Shown here: positions 48,118-56,320 of the stretch, piece after piece
Position numbering within the stretch: the stretch's first letter is position 1
Layout of the letters: each line of letters starts with the position of its first letter
NCBI GenBank assembly: GCA_026394395.1
Contig: JAPKYK010000001.1
Span: 223,940-287,939 of the forward strand
From: Methanomassiliicoccales archaeon
GTDB lineage: Archaea > Thermoplasmatota > Thermoplasmata > Methanomassiliicoccales > UBA472
Direction of reading: 5' to 3'
Length of the DNA: 64,000 bases
The notes under the pieces: model-generated
What the model was told of the DNA's origin: nothing
The model's input: the letters and a program-made list of their open reading frames with translations, nothing else
Databases searched by the model: none
Position numbers and translations under genes: made by a program

Positions 48118-48965
48118 TTAGAAATCTCTTCCAAACGCCTTTCCACTTCTTCTTTTGACATTCCGATGAGAGGATGGTATATCGGAACGTTCACGTCCAG
48201 GCGCGGAGCGGATGCTACCTCGGCCAGGTCCCAGCCCACAACCACGCCCGCGACCTTCCTGACATGCACTTCCCTCTCCAAGTGCCCGCTTATCTTCCAG
48301 GGCTCGGGGTCCCATCGTTCTAGTATATGCAACGCTTCCGGGTCATCGCCCAACAGCAGCACCCGGCAGCCCCGCTTCATCATCATCCAGGCGGCCAGCG
48401 CGTCCCTCCTATTTTCGATGACGGCCACCACCTTGCCCTGACTACCCATGGGAAGCCCGCCCGGCCCCTCCAGATACTCGCTGAAGACGTAGGCGCGCTT
48501 GTCGCGCACCTCCACGTAGACCACCAGGTCGGGATGGTGCAGGTCCACCCGCACCCCGCGGGGCTTCAATGCCTCGAAAATCTCCTCTCCGGCCTGGGCC
48601 GCCAGCTGCATGCTGGTATAGGGATGGGTGCCGTTCCGGCGGGCGTCCACCTTGAAGCTGCCGCTGTCCTTCAGCAGGGGGGCGGCCACCTGTAGCGCCA
48701 ATTTACGGACCTCGCCGACGTCCGACGTGCATTCCCTCACTACGCTCAGCGAGGAGATGCCGAAGACCCGGCGCAGCACGGCCGCGGCCTCCTGCGGTTG
48801 ACCGGTGGTGACGAAAAGGCGGCCGTACTGGCTTTCGATGAAGGCCTCCACTCGTTCCTGGGCCAGGGAGGCCATCATATTGTGGATGAGCACCCTCTCG
48901 AAGTGGCGGCGGATGCCCGGGCCCTTCAGCCCCATCTCGGCGTACCTGATCAACAGCAGGCCCAT
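48114..48965 (-). CDS. ThiI-like THUMP protein with degenerate, truncated PP-loop domain
   Basis: Trimmed to ATG 48965 (MGLLLIRYAEMGLKG; 283 aa). The ferredoxin-like and THUMP regions are intact. The PP-loop position reads VVAVIENRRDALAAWMMMKRGCRV instead of SGGIDS. Confidence 0.7.
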   Translation of the reverse strand: MGLLLIRYAEMGLKGPGIRRHFERVLIHNMMASLAQERVEAFIESQYGRLFVTTGQPQEAAAVLRRVFGISSLSVVRECTSDVGEVRKLALQVAAPLLKDSGSFKVDARRNGTHPYTSMQLAAQAGEEIFEALKPRGVRVDLHHPDLVVYVEVRDKRAYVFSEYLEGPGGLPMGSQGKVVAVIENRRDALAAWMMMKRGCRVLLLGDDPEALHILERWDPEPWKISGHLEREVHVRKVAGVVVGWDLAEVASAPRLDVNVPIYHPLIGMSKEEVERRLEEISK

Positions 48966-49040
48966 GCCCCTTCCATGCCAAGCGGGGTAATAAACAATTC
49001 TCCCGCTAGCATTATGAGATAGGGCGGGAATGACCGGAGG

Positions 49041-49886
49041 ATGGATGCGCTGGTCCTGTTGCTCGTCGCCGTGCTGTGCATGAGCGCAGGCACGATCGGC
49101 GCGATGATGGGCATCGGCGGAGGACTGATCATCATCCCTCTGCTGACCCTCGGCTTCGGCATCCCCATGCAGGAGGCCATCGGCGCCAGCCTCATCGGCG
49201 TGATCGCCACCTCCACCGGGGCGGCCACTAAATACGTCAAGCAGGGGCTGACCAACGTGCGGCTGGCACTGTTCCTGGAGATGTCCACCACCGTCGGTTC
49301 GATAGTCGGCGCGCTCATCGCCGTCTACACGGACCAGACGGTTCTCTTCCTGCTCTTCTCCATGCTCCTGGTCTACGCCGGGCTCACCATGCTCCGTCAC
49401 CGGGAGAAGCGCATCTCCCCCGAGGACGCGGCCATCGACGGCCAGATGCTGGACCTTTCCTGTCAGTACGTCGACCCCAAGGACAGCTGCGAGGTCAGTT
49501 ACGGGGTCAAGGGCCTGAAGAAAGGGCTGGCCTACAGCTCCGTAGCCGGCATTCTCTCCGGGCTGCTGGGCGTCGGCGGCGGGCTGATCAAAGTGCCGGT
49601 GATGAACGTGTGCATGTGCGTTCCGTTGAAGGCGGCCACGGCCACCAGCAACTTCATGATCGGGGTGACCGCCCTCACCGGCGCCATAATCTTCTACGGG
49701 CACGGGCTGCTGGACGCCTACCTGTGCGCCGCCGTGGCCCTGGGCGTGTTCGCCGGGGCGTATGTGGGAACGGTGCTCATGGCCAAGCGTTCGTCGGAAC
49801 AGCTGCGGGGCTGGTTCGCCGTCCTGCTGTTCATTGTGGCCGTGACCATGGTCCTGAAGGCCTTCGGCATCTACGGAGGTGCCTGA
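49041..49886 (+). CDS. TauE/SafE-family anion exporter permease (second copy)
   Basis: GIGGGLIIIP ... GVGGGLIKVP duplicated motif; multi-TM. Confidence 0.8.
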   Translation: MDALVLLLVAVLCMSAGTIGAMMGIGGGLIIIPLLTLGFGIPMQEAIGASLIGVIATSTGAATKYVKQGLTNVRLALFLEMSTTVGSIVGALIAVYTDQTVLFLLFSMLLVYAGLTMLRHREKRISPEDAAIDGQMLDLSCQYVDPKDSCEVSYGVKGLKKGLAYSSVAGILSGLLGVGGGLIKVPVMNVCMCVPLKAATATSNFMIGVTALTGAIIFYGHGLLDAYLCAAVALGVFAGAYVGTVLMAKRSSEQLRGWFAVLLFIVAVTMVLKAFGIYGGA

Positions 49887-50224
49887 TGACCTCCCAGGTC
49901 AACCTCTGCCATGTGGTGCAGCCCATATTGCGCTGGGGCATGATATCGAGCTTATGTATGATGCTGATCGGATTAGCAATAGGGGCGGTCGAGGGCACGG
50001 AGGCCACCGGCGTGCTCTCGTTGGACCGCATCCCCGCTGGACTAGCCGAGCTGGATCCCCTGGCCTTCCTGACACTGGGGCTGGTGCTGCTGATCGCTAC
50101 GCCCCTGACCAGGGTGGTCGGGGCCTTGTTCGTCTTCCTCAAAGAAGGCGACCGCAAGTTCATACTGATCTCCGTGGCCGTTCTGCTCGCGGTCACCGCC
50201 GCCGTCCTTCTCGGGGCGACCTGA
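49886..50224 (+). CDS. DUF1634-like small membrane protein (common TauE partner)
   Basis: 112 aa with 3-4 TM helices. Its ATG overlaps the TauE TGA by 1 nt. The track ORF starting at 49610 is an upstream shadow extension. Confidence 0.6.
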   Translation: MTSQVNLCHVVQPILRWGMISSLCMMLIGLAIGAVEGTEATGVLSLDRIPAGLAELDPLAFLTLGLVLLIATPLTRVVGALFVFLKEGDRKFILISVAVLLAVTAAVLLGAT

Positions 50225-50283
50225 GCCTCGACATCTGTGGAACCGCATAGTATATCCATACGGTCCAACAATGCCGGTGGGAC

Positions 50284-51612
50284 ATGGTCAAGGAACGCTC
50301 CAAGGACGACCGCTGGTACTACTCCTTCCTCCCCTACAACCTGTCCGGGGGAAGCACCAACGCCCTGATCCCCCTTTTCATCACCGAGGGTCTGAAGGGG
50401 ACGGTGGCCCAGGTGGGCATAGTCAGCGCAGCCACTTCCCTGGCCGCGGTCCCCGGGGCGGTGCTTTGGGGAAATCTATCCGACACCACCAAGCGCCGCG
50501 TCCCCTTCGTTCTCCTGGGATTCCTGGGCGTGGCCTTCTCCCTGGTGCTCATGGGTCTGTCCCAGGGCATCTCCGAGTACTACGTGGCCAACTTCATGTT
50601 CGGTTTTCTCGGCGCGGCCATCGCCCCGGTGGGCACGGTCATGGTCCTGGAAAGCTTCAGCAAGGACCAATGGGCCAAGAAGCTAGGGGAGTTCAGCCGT
50701 GTCGGCGGTCTCGGTTGGGTCGTAGGGTTGCTCATGGGCACGGTATGGCTCATGGTATTCCCTTCCGATGGGGACGCCTTCCCCATGCGGACTCTTTTCG
50801 TCATAGCAGGAATATTGGGATTCCTATCGGTCTTCCTCGGCTGGCGCTATATGAAGGAACCCGCCCGGAACATCACCCGGCGGGAAATGCAGCACATGGA
50901 CCTCTACAAGGTGCCGTCCTACCTCATGGAAAAGCTGCGCTACCTACCCATGCACCTTCTGGACATAGTGGAGATATCCAGCAAGAACCTCAGTTCCAAG
51001 AACTTCCCCTCCAACCTGAAGCGGTACTACATGGTGGTGTTCCTGGCCTTCACCGGCTTCCTGTGCTTCTATGTGGCCCTACCCGTTTTCCTCAGCCAAT
51101 ACGTGGGCATAAGCAGCGCCCAGGTGTTCGCCGTTTATCTGGCCAGTTCTATAGTGTCCCTGGTCTTCTACGCGGTGGCGGGGAGGTTCGTGGACCGTCT
51201 GGGCGGGAGGAAGGTGCAGGTGATGGCCTTCGGGCTCAGGGTACTGATATTCCCCACCTTCTTCGTGGTCACCACGTTATCCATGGACCTGACCACCCTG
51301 TTCCTGCTCATGTGCCTCCTGAACGGCCTGGCTGGAATGTGCTGGGCGCTTCTGGCAGTGGCCGGGGACACCTTGGTGGCCCGGATGGCCAAGCGGGAGT
51401 ACCGCAGCCAGTCCATGGGCATGTACAACTCCATCCGAGGGATATCCTCCATAGTCGGCTCGCTGGTCGGCGGTCTGGTGGCAGAGTTCTACGGTTATCT
51501 GGCCCTGTTCATCCTCTCCTCAATCTTCATAATATCGGCCATCGCCCTACTGTTCAGCACCGATGTGGAAAAGGAGGCCGACGAGACGGTGAAAGAGGTC
51601 GCCACGGTCTGA
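50284..51612 (+). CDS. MFS transporter
   Basis: 12-TM layout. The loop 2-3 motif is GNLSDTTKRR. 442 aa. Confidence 0.8.
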   Translation: MVKERSKDDRWYYSFLPYNLSGGSTNALIPLFITEGLKGTVAQVGIVSAATSLAAVPGAVLWGNLSDTTKRRVPFVLLGFLGVAFSLVLMGLSQGISEYYVANFMFGFLGAAIAPVGTVMVLESFSKDQWAKKLGEFSRVGGLGWVVGLLMGTVWLMVFPSDGDAFPMRTLFVIAGILGFLSVFLGWRYMKEPARNITRREMQHMDLYKVPSYLMEKLRYLPMHLLDIVEISSKNLSSKNFPSNLKRYYMVVFLAFTGFLCFYVALPVFLSQYVGISSAQVFAVYLASSIVSLVFYAVAGRFVDRLGGRKVQVMAFGLRVLIFPTFFVVTTLSMDLTTLFLLMCLLNGLAGMCWALLAVAGDTLVARMAKREYRSQSMGMYNSIRGISSIVGSLVGGLVAEFYGYLALFILSSIFIISAIALLFSTDVEKEADETVKEVATV

Positions 51613-51614
51613 TA

Positions 51615-52052
51615 TCAGAGCATGCTGGCGATAGACCGTCCGTACTGCCGGGCCCGTTCCTCCTGGTCCGGACGAAGCTCGTTCCCGTCCATTATGAAAT
51701 GTTCGGGCGGCAAGAGCATCCTCAACCCCTTTTTCGTAAGCAGCTGGCTCAATCGGTCGGCCGCCCCGTAGTGCATGTTCTCATAACGGGTGTCGAAGGT
51801 GACGAAGTCGTGGTCCGTCCCGGCCTCCTTGACGGCGTTCAGGACCAGCGTCCTGAAGCGGAAGGTAGCTCGTCCCCATCTGGTGGGGGAGCCGAGCACC
51901 CATAGTTTCGCTCCCATAAAATCCTCCTCCCCGGAGACCGATTGATGGCGGCATTCCACCTCATGCCCTTTCTCCTTCAGACCTTCGGTGATGGCCTTGG
52001 CCATGCGTTCCGTGTTGCCGTAGATGGAGTCGTACATGACCAGGATCTTCAT
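51615..52052 (-). CDS. Flavodoxin (short-chain)
   Basis: Trimmed to MKILVMYDSIYGNTERMA (FMN phosphate-binding loop) at ATG 52052; 145 aa. Confidence 0.8.
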   Translation of the reverse strand: MKILVMYDSIYGNTERMAKAITEGLKEKGHEVECRHQSVSGEEDFMGAKLWVLGSPTRWGRATFRFRTLVLNAVKEAGTDHDFVTFDTRYENMHYGAADRLSQLLTKKGLRMLLPPEHFIMDGNELRPDQEERARQYGRSIASML

Positions 52053-52218
52053 AAACCAGGCATCCCTTCCGTCATTTACATTCTTTGCCCCATCCAACGT
52101 GGCCGGGCGTGGGCAAAATTTCATATAAGGCAATTCTTGTCATAAGTTCCGGCCAACGGGTCCTGATCGCCTAACATGGACAGGCAAGGTCCGTTCGGAT
52201 CGGGGAATTGGATGGACC

Positions 52219-53259
52219 ATGGGCAGGATAGGACTTGGCACTAAGATCAAGTTGGGCGTTTCTATCGCCCTCATCGTACTGGTAGTGCTGTACTCCGACC
52301 CCGGGGAGATGGGAGAGGCCCTGTCCGGGGTCAACCTCTGGCTCATCGGGCTGGTCGTCATCCTCTATCTCATCAACATGGCCTTCAAGGCTTACCGCTG
52401 GGGGGTGCTGATGGAGCACGCCGGGCACGACGTCCCCTTCCGTTCCACCTTCACCGCCTTCTCCCTGTCCCAGGCCATCAACAACCTCATACCCGGGCGG
52501 GTGGTCGGAGAGACCTCGCGCATCGTGGACATAAACACCCGGGAGGGGGTCAGCATGGGCAAGGGGCTGGCCACGGTGGTCACCGAGCGAATCATGGACT
52601 TCGTGGTGCTGACGGTGCTCTCGGTCACCAGCCTGGTGCTGCTGCTGGCGTACATCGTGGAGGACCTCCGCGGGTACCTGATATTCATGGTCGCGGTCAT
52701 GGTCGTGGCCAACATCTTCTTCATCTACATTTTGGCCAAGCCGGCGCTGCTGGTCCGCCTCGGGGCCTGGGCCGCCAGAAAGATGGACCGATTGTTCAAA
52801 GGGGAGAAGGGCACCGAGCTTTCCGCCAAGATGATGGGCATGATCGGCTCCTTCAACGAGGCCTTGACCTTCAAGGGGAACCGTAAGCTCATGGTATGGG
52901 CCGCGGTGCTCACTGTATTCATCTGGGTGAACGAGATCGCCCGCCTTTTCCTGATCATCATGGCCTTGGGTGCGGAGGTCTCGCTGGTCGCGGTGGTGGC
53001 CGCCTCCAGCCTGGCCTCGCTCAGCGGCGTGCTGCTAGCGGCCGGTAGCGGCAACGTGGTCATGTCCTCGGCGGTCTTCACCGCCGCTAAATTGGACGTG
53101 CACATCGCCACCACCGCGGGCGTATTAAGTGCCCTGACCTCCATATGGCTTGCCGTGCCGGTAAGTCTCATAGCTATGCTGGTCGATCACCGGCTGGGAC
53201 CGCCGGCCAACTCGGCAAAGTCCAGCAAGACTACAGACGAAAAGAAGGGATTGAACTGA
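52219..53259 (+). CDS. UPF0104 / LPG-synthase-TM-like (flippase-like) membrane protein
   Basis: About 8 TM helices. YRWGVLM and NNLIPGRVGE-type motif (INNLIPGRVVGE). Confidence 0.7.
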   Translation: MGRIGLGTKIKLGVSIALIVLVVLYSDPGEMGEALSGVNLWLIGLVVILYLINMAFKAYRWGVLMEHAGHDVPFRSTFTAFSLSQAINNLIPGRVVGETSRIVDINTREGVSMGKGLATVVTERIMDFVVLTVLSVTSLVLLLAYIVEDLRGYLIFMVAVMVVANIFFIYILAKPALLVRLGAWAARKMDRLFKGEKGTELSAKMMGMIGSFNEALTFKGNRKLMVWAAVLTVFIWVNEIARLFLIIMALGAEVSLVAVVAASSLASLSGVLLAAGSGNVVMSSAVFTAAKLDVHIATTAGVLSALTSIWLAVPVSLIAMLVDHRLGPPANSAKSSKTTDEKKGLN

Positions 53260-53978
53260 AGTGCACAATCGTTCTGATGTTAAAGAATGAAGAAGGGAAC
53301 GTCGGCCCGCTGACCGAGGACATACTCGAGGTGTACCGAGACCAGAAGATCGACGGCGAGGTCCTGCTGGTGGACGACGGCAGCATCGATAAATCGAAGG
53401 AGATATGCGATCAGCTGGCCAAGGACCACCCGAACGTGCGGACGGTGCACCACGTGAAGAATCTGGGACGGTCGTACGCTATCCGCACCGGCTTCCAGCA
53501 GGCCAAGGGCGAGATCGTCATAATCATGGACGCCGACCGCCAGTACGAGCCGAAGCAGATCCCCATGTTCCTGGCCAAGATGGACGAGGGCTACGACGTG
53601 GTCACTGGCTGGAGGAAGGAACGCACCGACACCTTTATCCGCCGCTTCATCTCCCGAACCTACAACCGTTTAATCATCCGCCGCAAGTTCAAGCTGCAGA
53701 TCAAGGACCAGAACAGCGGCTTCAAGGCCTTCCGCCGGGAAAAGGCGGTGGCCATGGGCTTCGACCCCGAGGGCTACCAGGGCCTGCACCGCTTCATCCT
53801 TCCGTTAGCGGCGCTGAAGGGCCTGAAGATAGCTGAGGTGCCCATCGTGCACTACGACCGACCCAGCGGCAAGTCGTACATCAAGTTCTACACCGTGCCA
53901 TTCATCACTTTGCGCGACTTCTCCAAGTTCAAGAAGGACCACAAGGAAGAGATCAAGGCCCTGAAGAAGAAGGGCTGA
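53145..53978 (+). CDS. GT2-family glycosyltransferase (dolichyl-phosphate hexose synthase-like); start codon uncertain
   Basis: CTIVLMLKNEEGNV ... LLVDDGSIDKS ... IIMDADRQY (DxD) ... QNSGFKAFRRE. The only upstream in-frame ATG/GTG/TTG is 53145, which overlaps the previous gene by 115 nt. ATG 53277 would delete beta-strand 1. Confidence 0.75.
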   Translation: MACRAGKSHSYAGRSPAGTAGQLGKVQQDYRRKEGIELKCTIVLMLKNEEGNVGPLTEDILEVYRDQKIDGEVLLVDDGSIDKSKEICDQLAKDHPNVRTVHHVKNLGRSYAIRTGFQQAKGEIVIIMDADRQYEPKQIPMFLAKMDEGYDVVTGWRKERTDTFIRRFISRTYNRLIIRRKFKLQIKDQNSGFKAFRREKAVAMGFDPEGYQGLHRFILPLAALKGLKIAEVPIVHYDRPSGKSYIKFYTVPFITLRDFSKFKKDHKEEIKALKKKG

Positions 53979-53994
53979 GCGAGGGGATGCCTTG

Positions 53995-55200
53995 ATGAAC
54001 GGGCTGCGAAGGACCTGGGACAAGGCGATGTCCAAGCTCCGCCCGATGTCGGTGGGGCGCAAGATCGCCGTGTACTTGATCATAACCCTGCTGCTCTACG
54101 GTTCCATGATCGTGGTGGACCACGTCTTTCTGGTCGGAACCATCGAGGACGACCTATCGCATCCGGACCTGGACGTGTACCGGGCCCGGACGCAGACGAT
54201 TTTGGACGGGGGGTTGCTGTACCGGGACGTGCACACCGAGACCCCGCCCATCATCAACTACCTGCTGATCCCCCCGCAGCTGCTGGGCGGCGCGGAGCTG
54301 GACTGGGTCTGGAGCGCCTACTTCTCCTTCTTCGCCTTCCTGATAGCCGTGCTGATGTACTGCTCTCTGCGCCAATTCGACGAATGGAAGGCCTACCTGG
54401 CCGGCATGGTCGTGCTGCTGTCGCCCTTCACCTTCATCGAGTCCGGCACCGGTGAGGACGAGTCCGTCACCGCCTTCGTCTTCATGCTGGCCGCGGTGCT
54501 CATCCTCCTGGAGAGAAAAAGATCGGCCGCCACGGTCATCGGCGTGGGCATCTGGACCAAGATGTTCCCCTTGTTACTGTTCCCAGTGCACTTCCTGCAG
54601 CAACGCCGCTGGAAGGACCGTCTTATGATTTCGGGGATAGTGCTGGCGATCACCCTCCTAATCACCCTGCCCTTCGTCGTCCTGTGCTGGAGCGACTTCT
54701 CCTACTTCCTGAACTTCTACTTCCTGGGGAACGAGGGGCGCCCCACCGGCGGGTCCAGCGTCTGGCACTTCCTGAGGATGGGCGGCTGGGGAATTCCGAG
54801 CATCGTGCAGCTCGGCTTGCTCGGCGCAGCCATGGCCTCCGCCTACCTGTACCCCTATTACAAGAAGATGCCCGCCTGGCAGAGCATGACCCTCATGCTG
54901 GTGGTGTTCTTCGCTTTCTACCCCAAGGTCCACGGGGGCTACTGGATAATGTTGATCGCCCTGCTCTCGGTTTGGGCCGTAGACAACCGCAAGATACTGC
55001 TCCGCATCTTCCTGGCCTTCGTGCCGATGATATTGGCTACCGCCTTCGCCGAAGGCGAGGGCACGGCGCCCCCGGTAGAGTTCTACGGCAGTTGGCTGTT
55101 AGGGTTGGTACTGGCGCTCATCGGCCTGCTGATGTTCGTGGACGCCGTGCGGTTGGCCATGAAGGAGCGCCCCTTCATCGAGGCCGCCCCTTCCGGCTGA
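53995..55200 (+). CDS. Polytopic membrane glycosyltransferase-like protein (DUF2029/GT-C-like)
   Basis: About 10 TM helices. A DVY...LYRD.H.E.PP loop near the N-terminus resembles GT-C-type mannosyltransferases. Adjacent to GT2. Confidence 0.55.
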   Translation: MNGLRRTWDKAMSKLRPMSVGRKIAVYLIITLLLYGSMIVVDHVFLVGTIEDDLSHPDLDVYRARTQTILDGGLLYRDVHTETPPIINYLLIPPQLLGGAELDWVWSAYFSFFAFLIAVLMYCSLRQFDEWKAYLAGMVVLLSPFTFIESGTGEDESVTAFVFMLAAVLILLERKRSAATVIGVGIWTKMFPLLLFPVHFLQQRRWKDRLMISGIVLAITLLITLPFVVLCWSDFSYFLNFYFLGNEGRPTGGSSVWHFLRMGGWGIPSIVQLGLLGAAMASAYLYPYYKKMPAWQSMTLMLVVFFAFYPKVHGGYWIMLIALLSVWAVDNRKILLRIFLAFVPMILATAFAEGEGTAPPVEFYGSWLLGLVLALIGLLMFVDAVRLAMKERPFIEAAPSG

Positions 55201-55201
55201 T

Positions 55202-55606
55202 TCAGAGCAGCTTCTTTCCAGCCTCTGCGCCGGAGCGGCAGTCGAAGACCTCGGTGACCTTCATGACCACCAATCCCTTGCAATCGAGGTTGGGCCTCCT
55301 CTCCTTGACCATACCTTTCATCTTCTCGTAGTCCGCGCCGGACTCCAGGACCTTAACGTCGCCCTTGACCTTCAGGCAGCCAGGGACGCCGGCGGTCCAG
55401 ACCAACAAAGCAACGCGCGGGTTCTCCTTCAAGTTCTTCAGGGTCTGGTGGAAGAACTGGTTGCCTATCCAGATCGTCTCCGGGTCCATCAATATGGCCA
55501 TGCCGATGGGCACGACGTTCGGATCTCCCTTCTTGGAGGCGGTGGCCATGGCGAAGTACTTGGTGGCCTTGAAGGCCTCTATCATTTCCGGGGTGAGCAC
55601 TACCAT
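55202..55606 (-). CDS. Pyridoxamine 5'-phosphate oxidase-family FMN-binding split-barrel protein
   Basis: 134 aa. FAMATASKKGDPNVVPIG ... NPRVALLVW pattern. Confidence 0.7.
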   Translation of the reverse strand: MVVLTPEMIEAFKATKYFAMATASKKGDPNVVPIGMAILMDPETIWIGNQFFHQTLKNLKENPRVALLVWTAGVPGCLKVKGDVKVLESGADYEKMKGMVKERRPNLDCKGLVVMKVTEVFDCRSGAEAGKKLL

Positions 55607-55657
55607 GCTTCAGGCATGGTCCTATGTACTAATAATCAGTACGCCGGGGTGTCGGGC

Positions 55658-55978
55658 TCAGACCGATCTGATGTTCTCCACGTTCTTAGCATTGGTGAGT
55701 ATCTGGAACTTGGAAATCCCTCGAGGTATGACCAGGATCTCTACGTTCTCTATGGAGTGTATGTGGCTCTGGACCAGGGGCCAGTCCACATCCGGTTCGA
55801 ACGTGAGTCGCTCCACGTTGTTGATGATAACCATACCGTCGAGGGACGCCAGGTCCTGGCGGTTGATGGCGATATCCTCCATGTTCCTGATGCGATACAC
55901 CGGTCCCTGGTGCTGTTCCAGGTAGGCCCGCATGGCCTGGGTGGTCAGATCGCCGATGGAGACCAGCACCAAGGCCAT
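55658..55978 (-). CDS. Hypothetical 106-aa protein
   Basis: Protein-like composition from ATG 55978 (MALVLVSIGD). More AT-rich than its surroundings. No family recognised. Confidence 0.4.
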   Translation of the reverse strand: MALVLVSIGDLTTQAMRAYLEQHQGPVYRIRNMEDIAINRQDLASLDGMVIINNVERLTFEPDVDWPLVQSHIHSIENVEILVIPRGISKFQILTNAKNVENIRSV

Positions 55979-56211
55979 TGAGTTCGTGGCCGAGGAAGGT
56001 CGTAAGATGGGTTTGGAGATGAAACGCTCGGGGGTCCCCGGCTCTCCCCCAGAAGAGATAGTCAAGGCGTCCAAGGACTATGACATAGTGGTCATGGGCA
56101 CCGCCGGACGGACCGGTCTGGCCCACCTGCGGCTCGGAAGCGTGGCCGAGCAGGAAATCCAAATGCCCTGTCCTGGTGGTCAGGGCCTCCGCCACCCGTC
56201 CGATGATCTGA
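55971..56211 (+). pseudogene. Universal stress protein (UspA-family) remnant: N-terminally truncated and frameshifted
   Basis: Frame A reads GSPPEEIVKASKDYDIVVMGTAGRTGLAHLRLGSVAEQ. The expected continuation RKSKCPVLVVRASATRPMI* is in the +1 frame from about 56152. No USP N-terminal half is present in any frame upstream. Confidence 0.6.
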
Positions 56212-56212
56212 A

Positions 56213-56261
56213 CATCTGAATATATCAGATGGTCCTCGGACCACCGTTCGAGACGAACGGT
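56213..56261 (+). terminator. Cluster of perfect hairpins after the USP remnant
   Basis: CATCTGA-ATATA-TCAGATG (56213-56231). ACCGTTCG-AGA-CGAACGGT (56243-56261), followed by T-rich sequence. Confidence 0.3.
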
Positions 56262-56320
56262 TTATATCTATTTCAAATGCGTAATGACCCCAATACCCAA
56301 GGTATAGGTGGCTTGCATCG

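Noticed and set aside
55932-56219. The track ORF 55932-56219 (95 aa) taken as an intact small gene.
   Set aside because: Its sequence is the middle of a USP domain that lacks the N-terminal half, and its natural C-terminus continues in another frame. I called it a pseudogene remnant instead.
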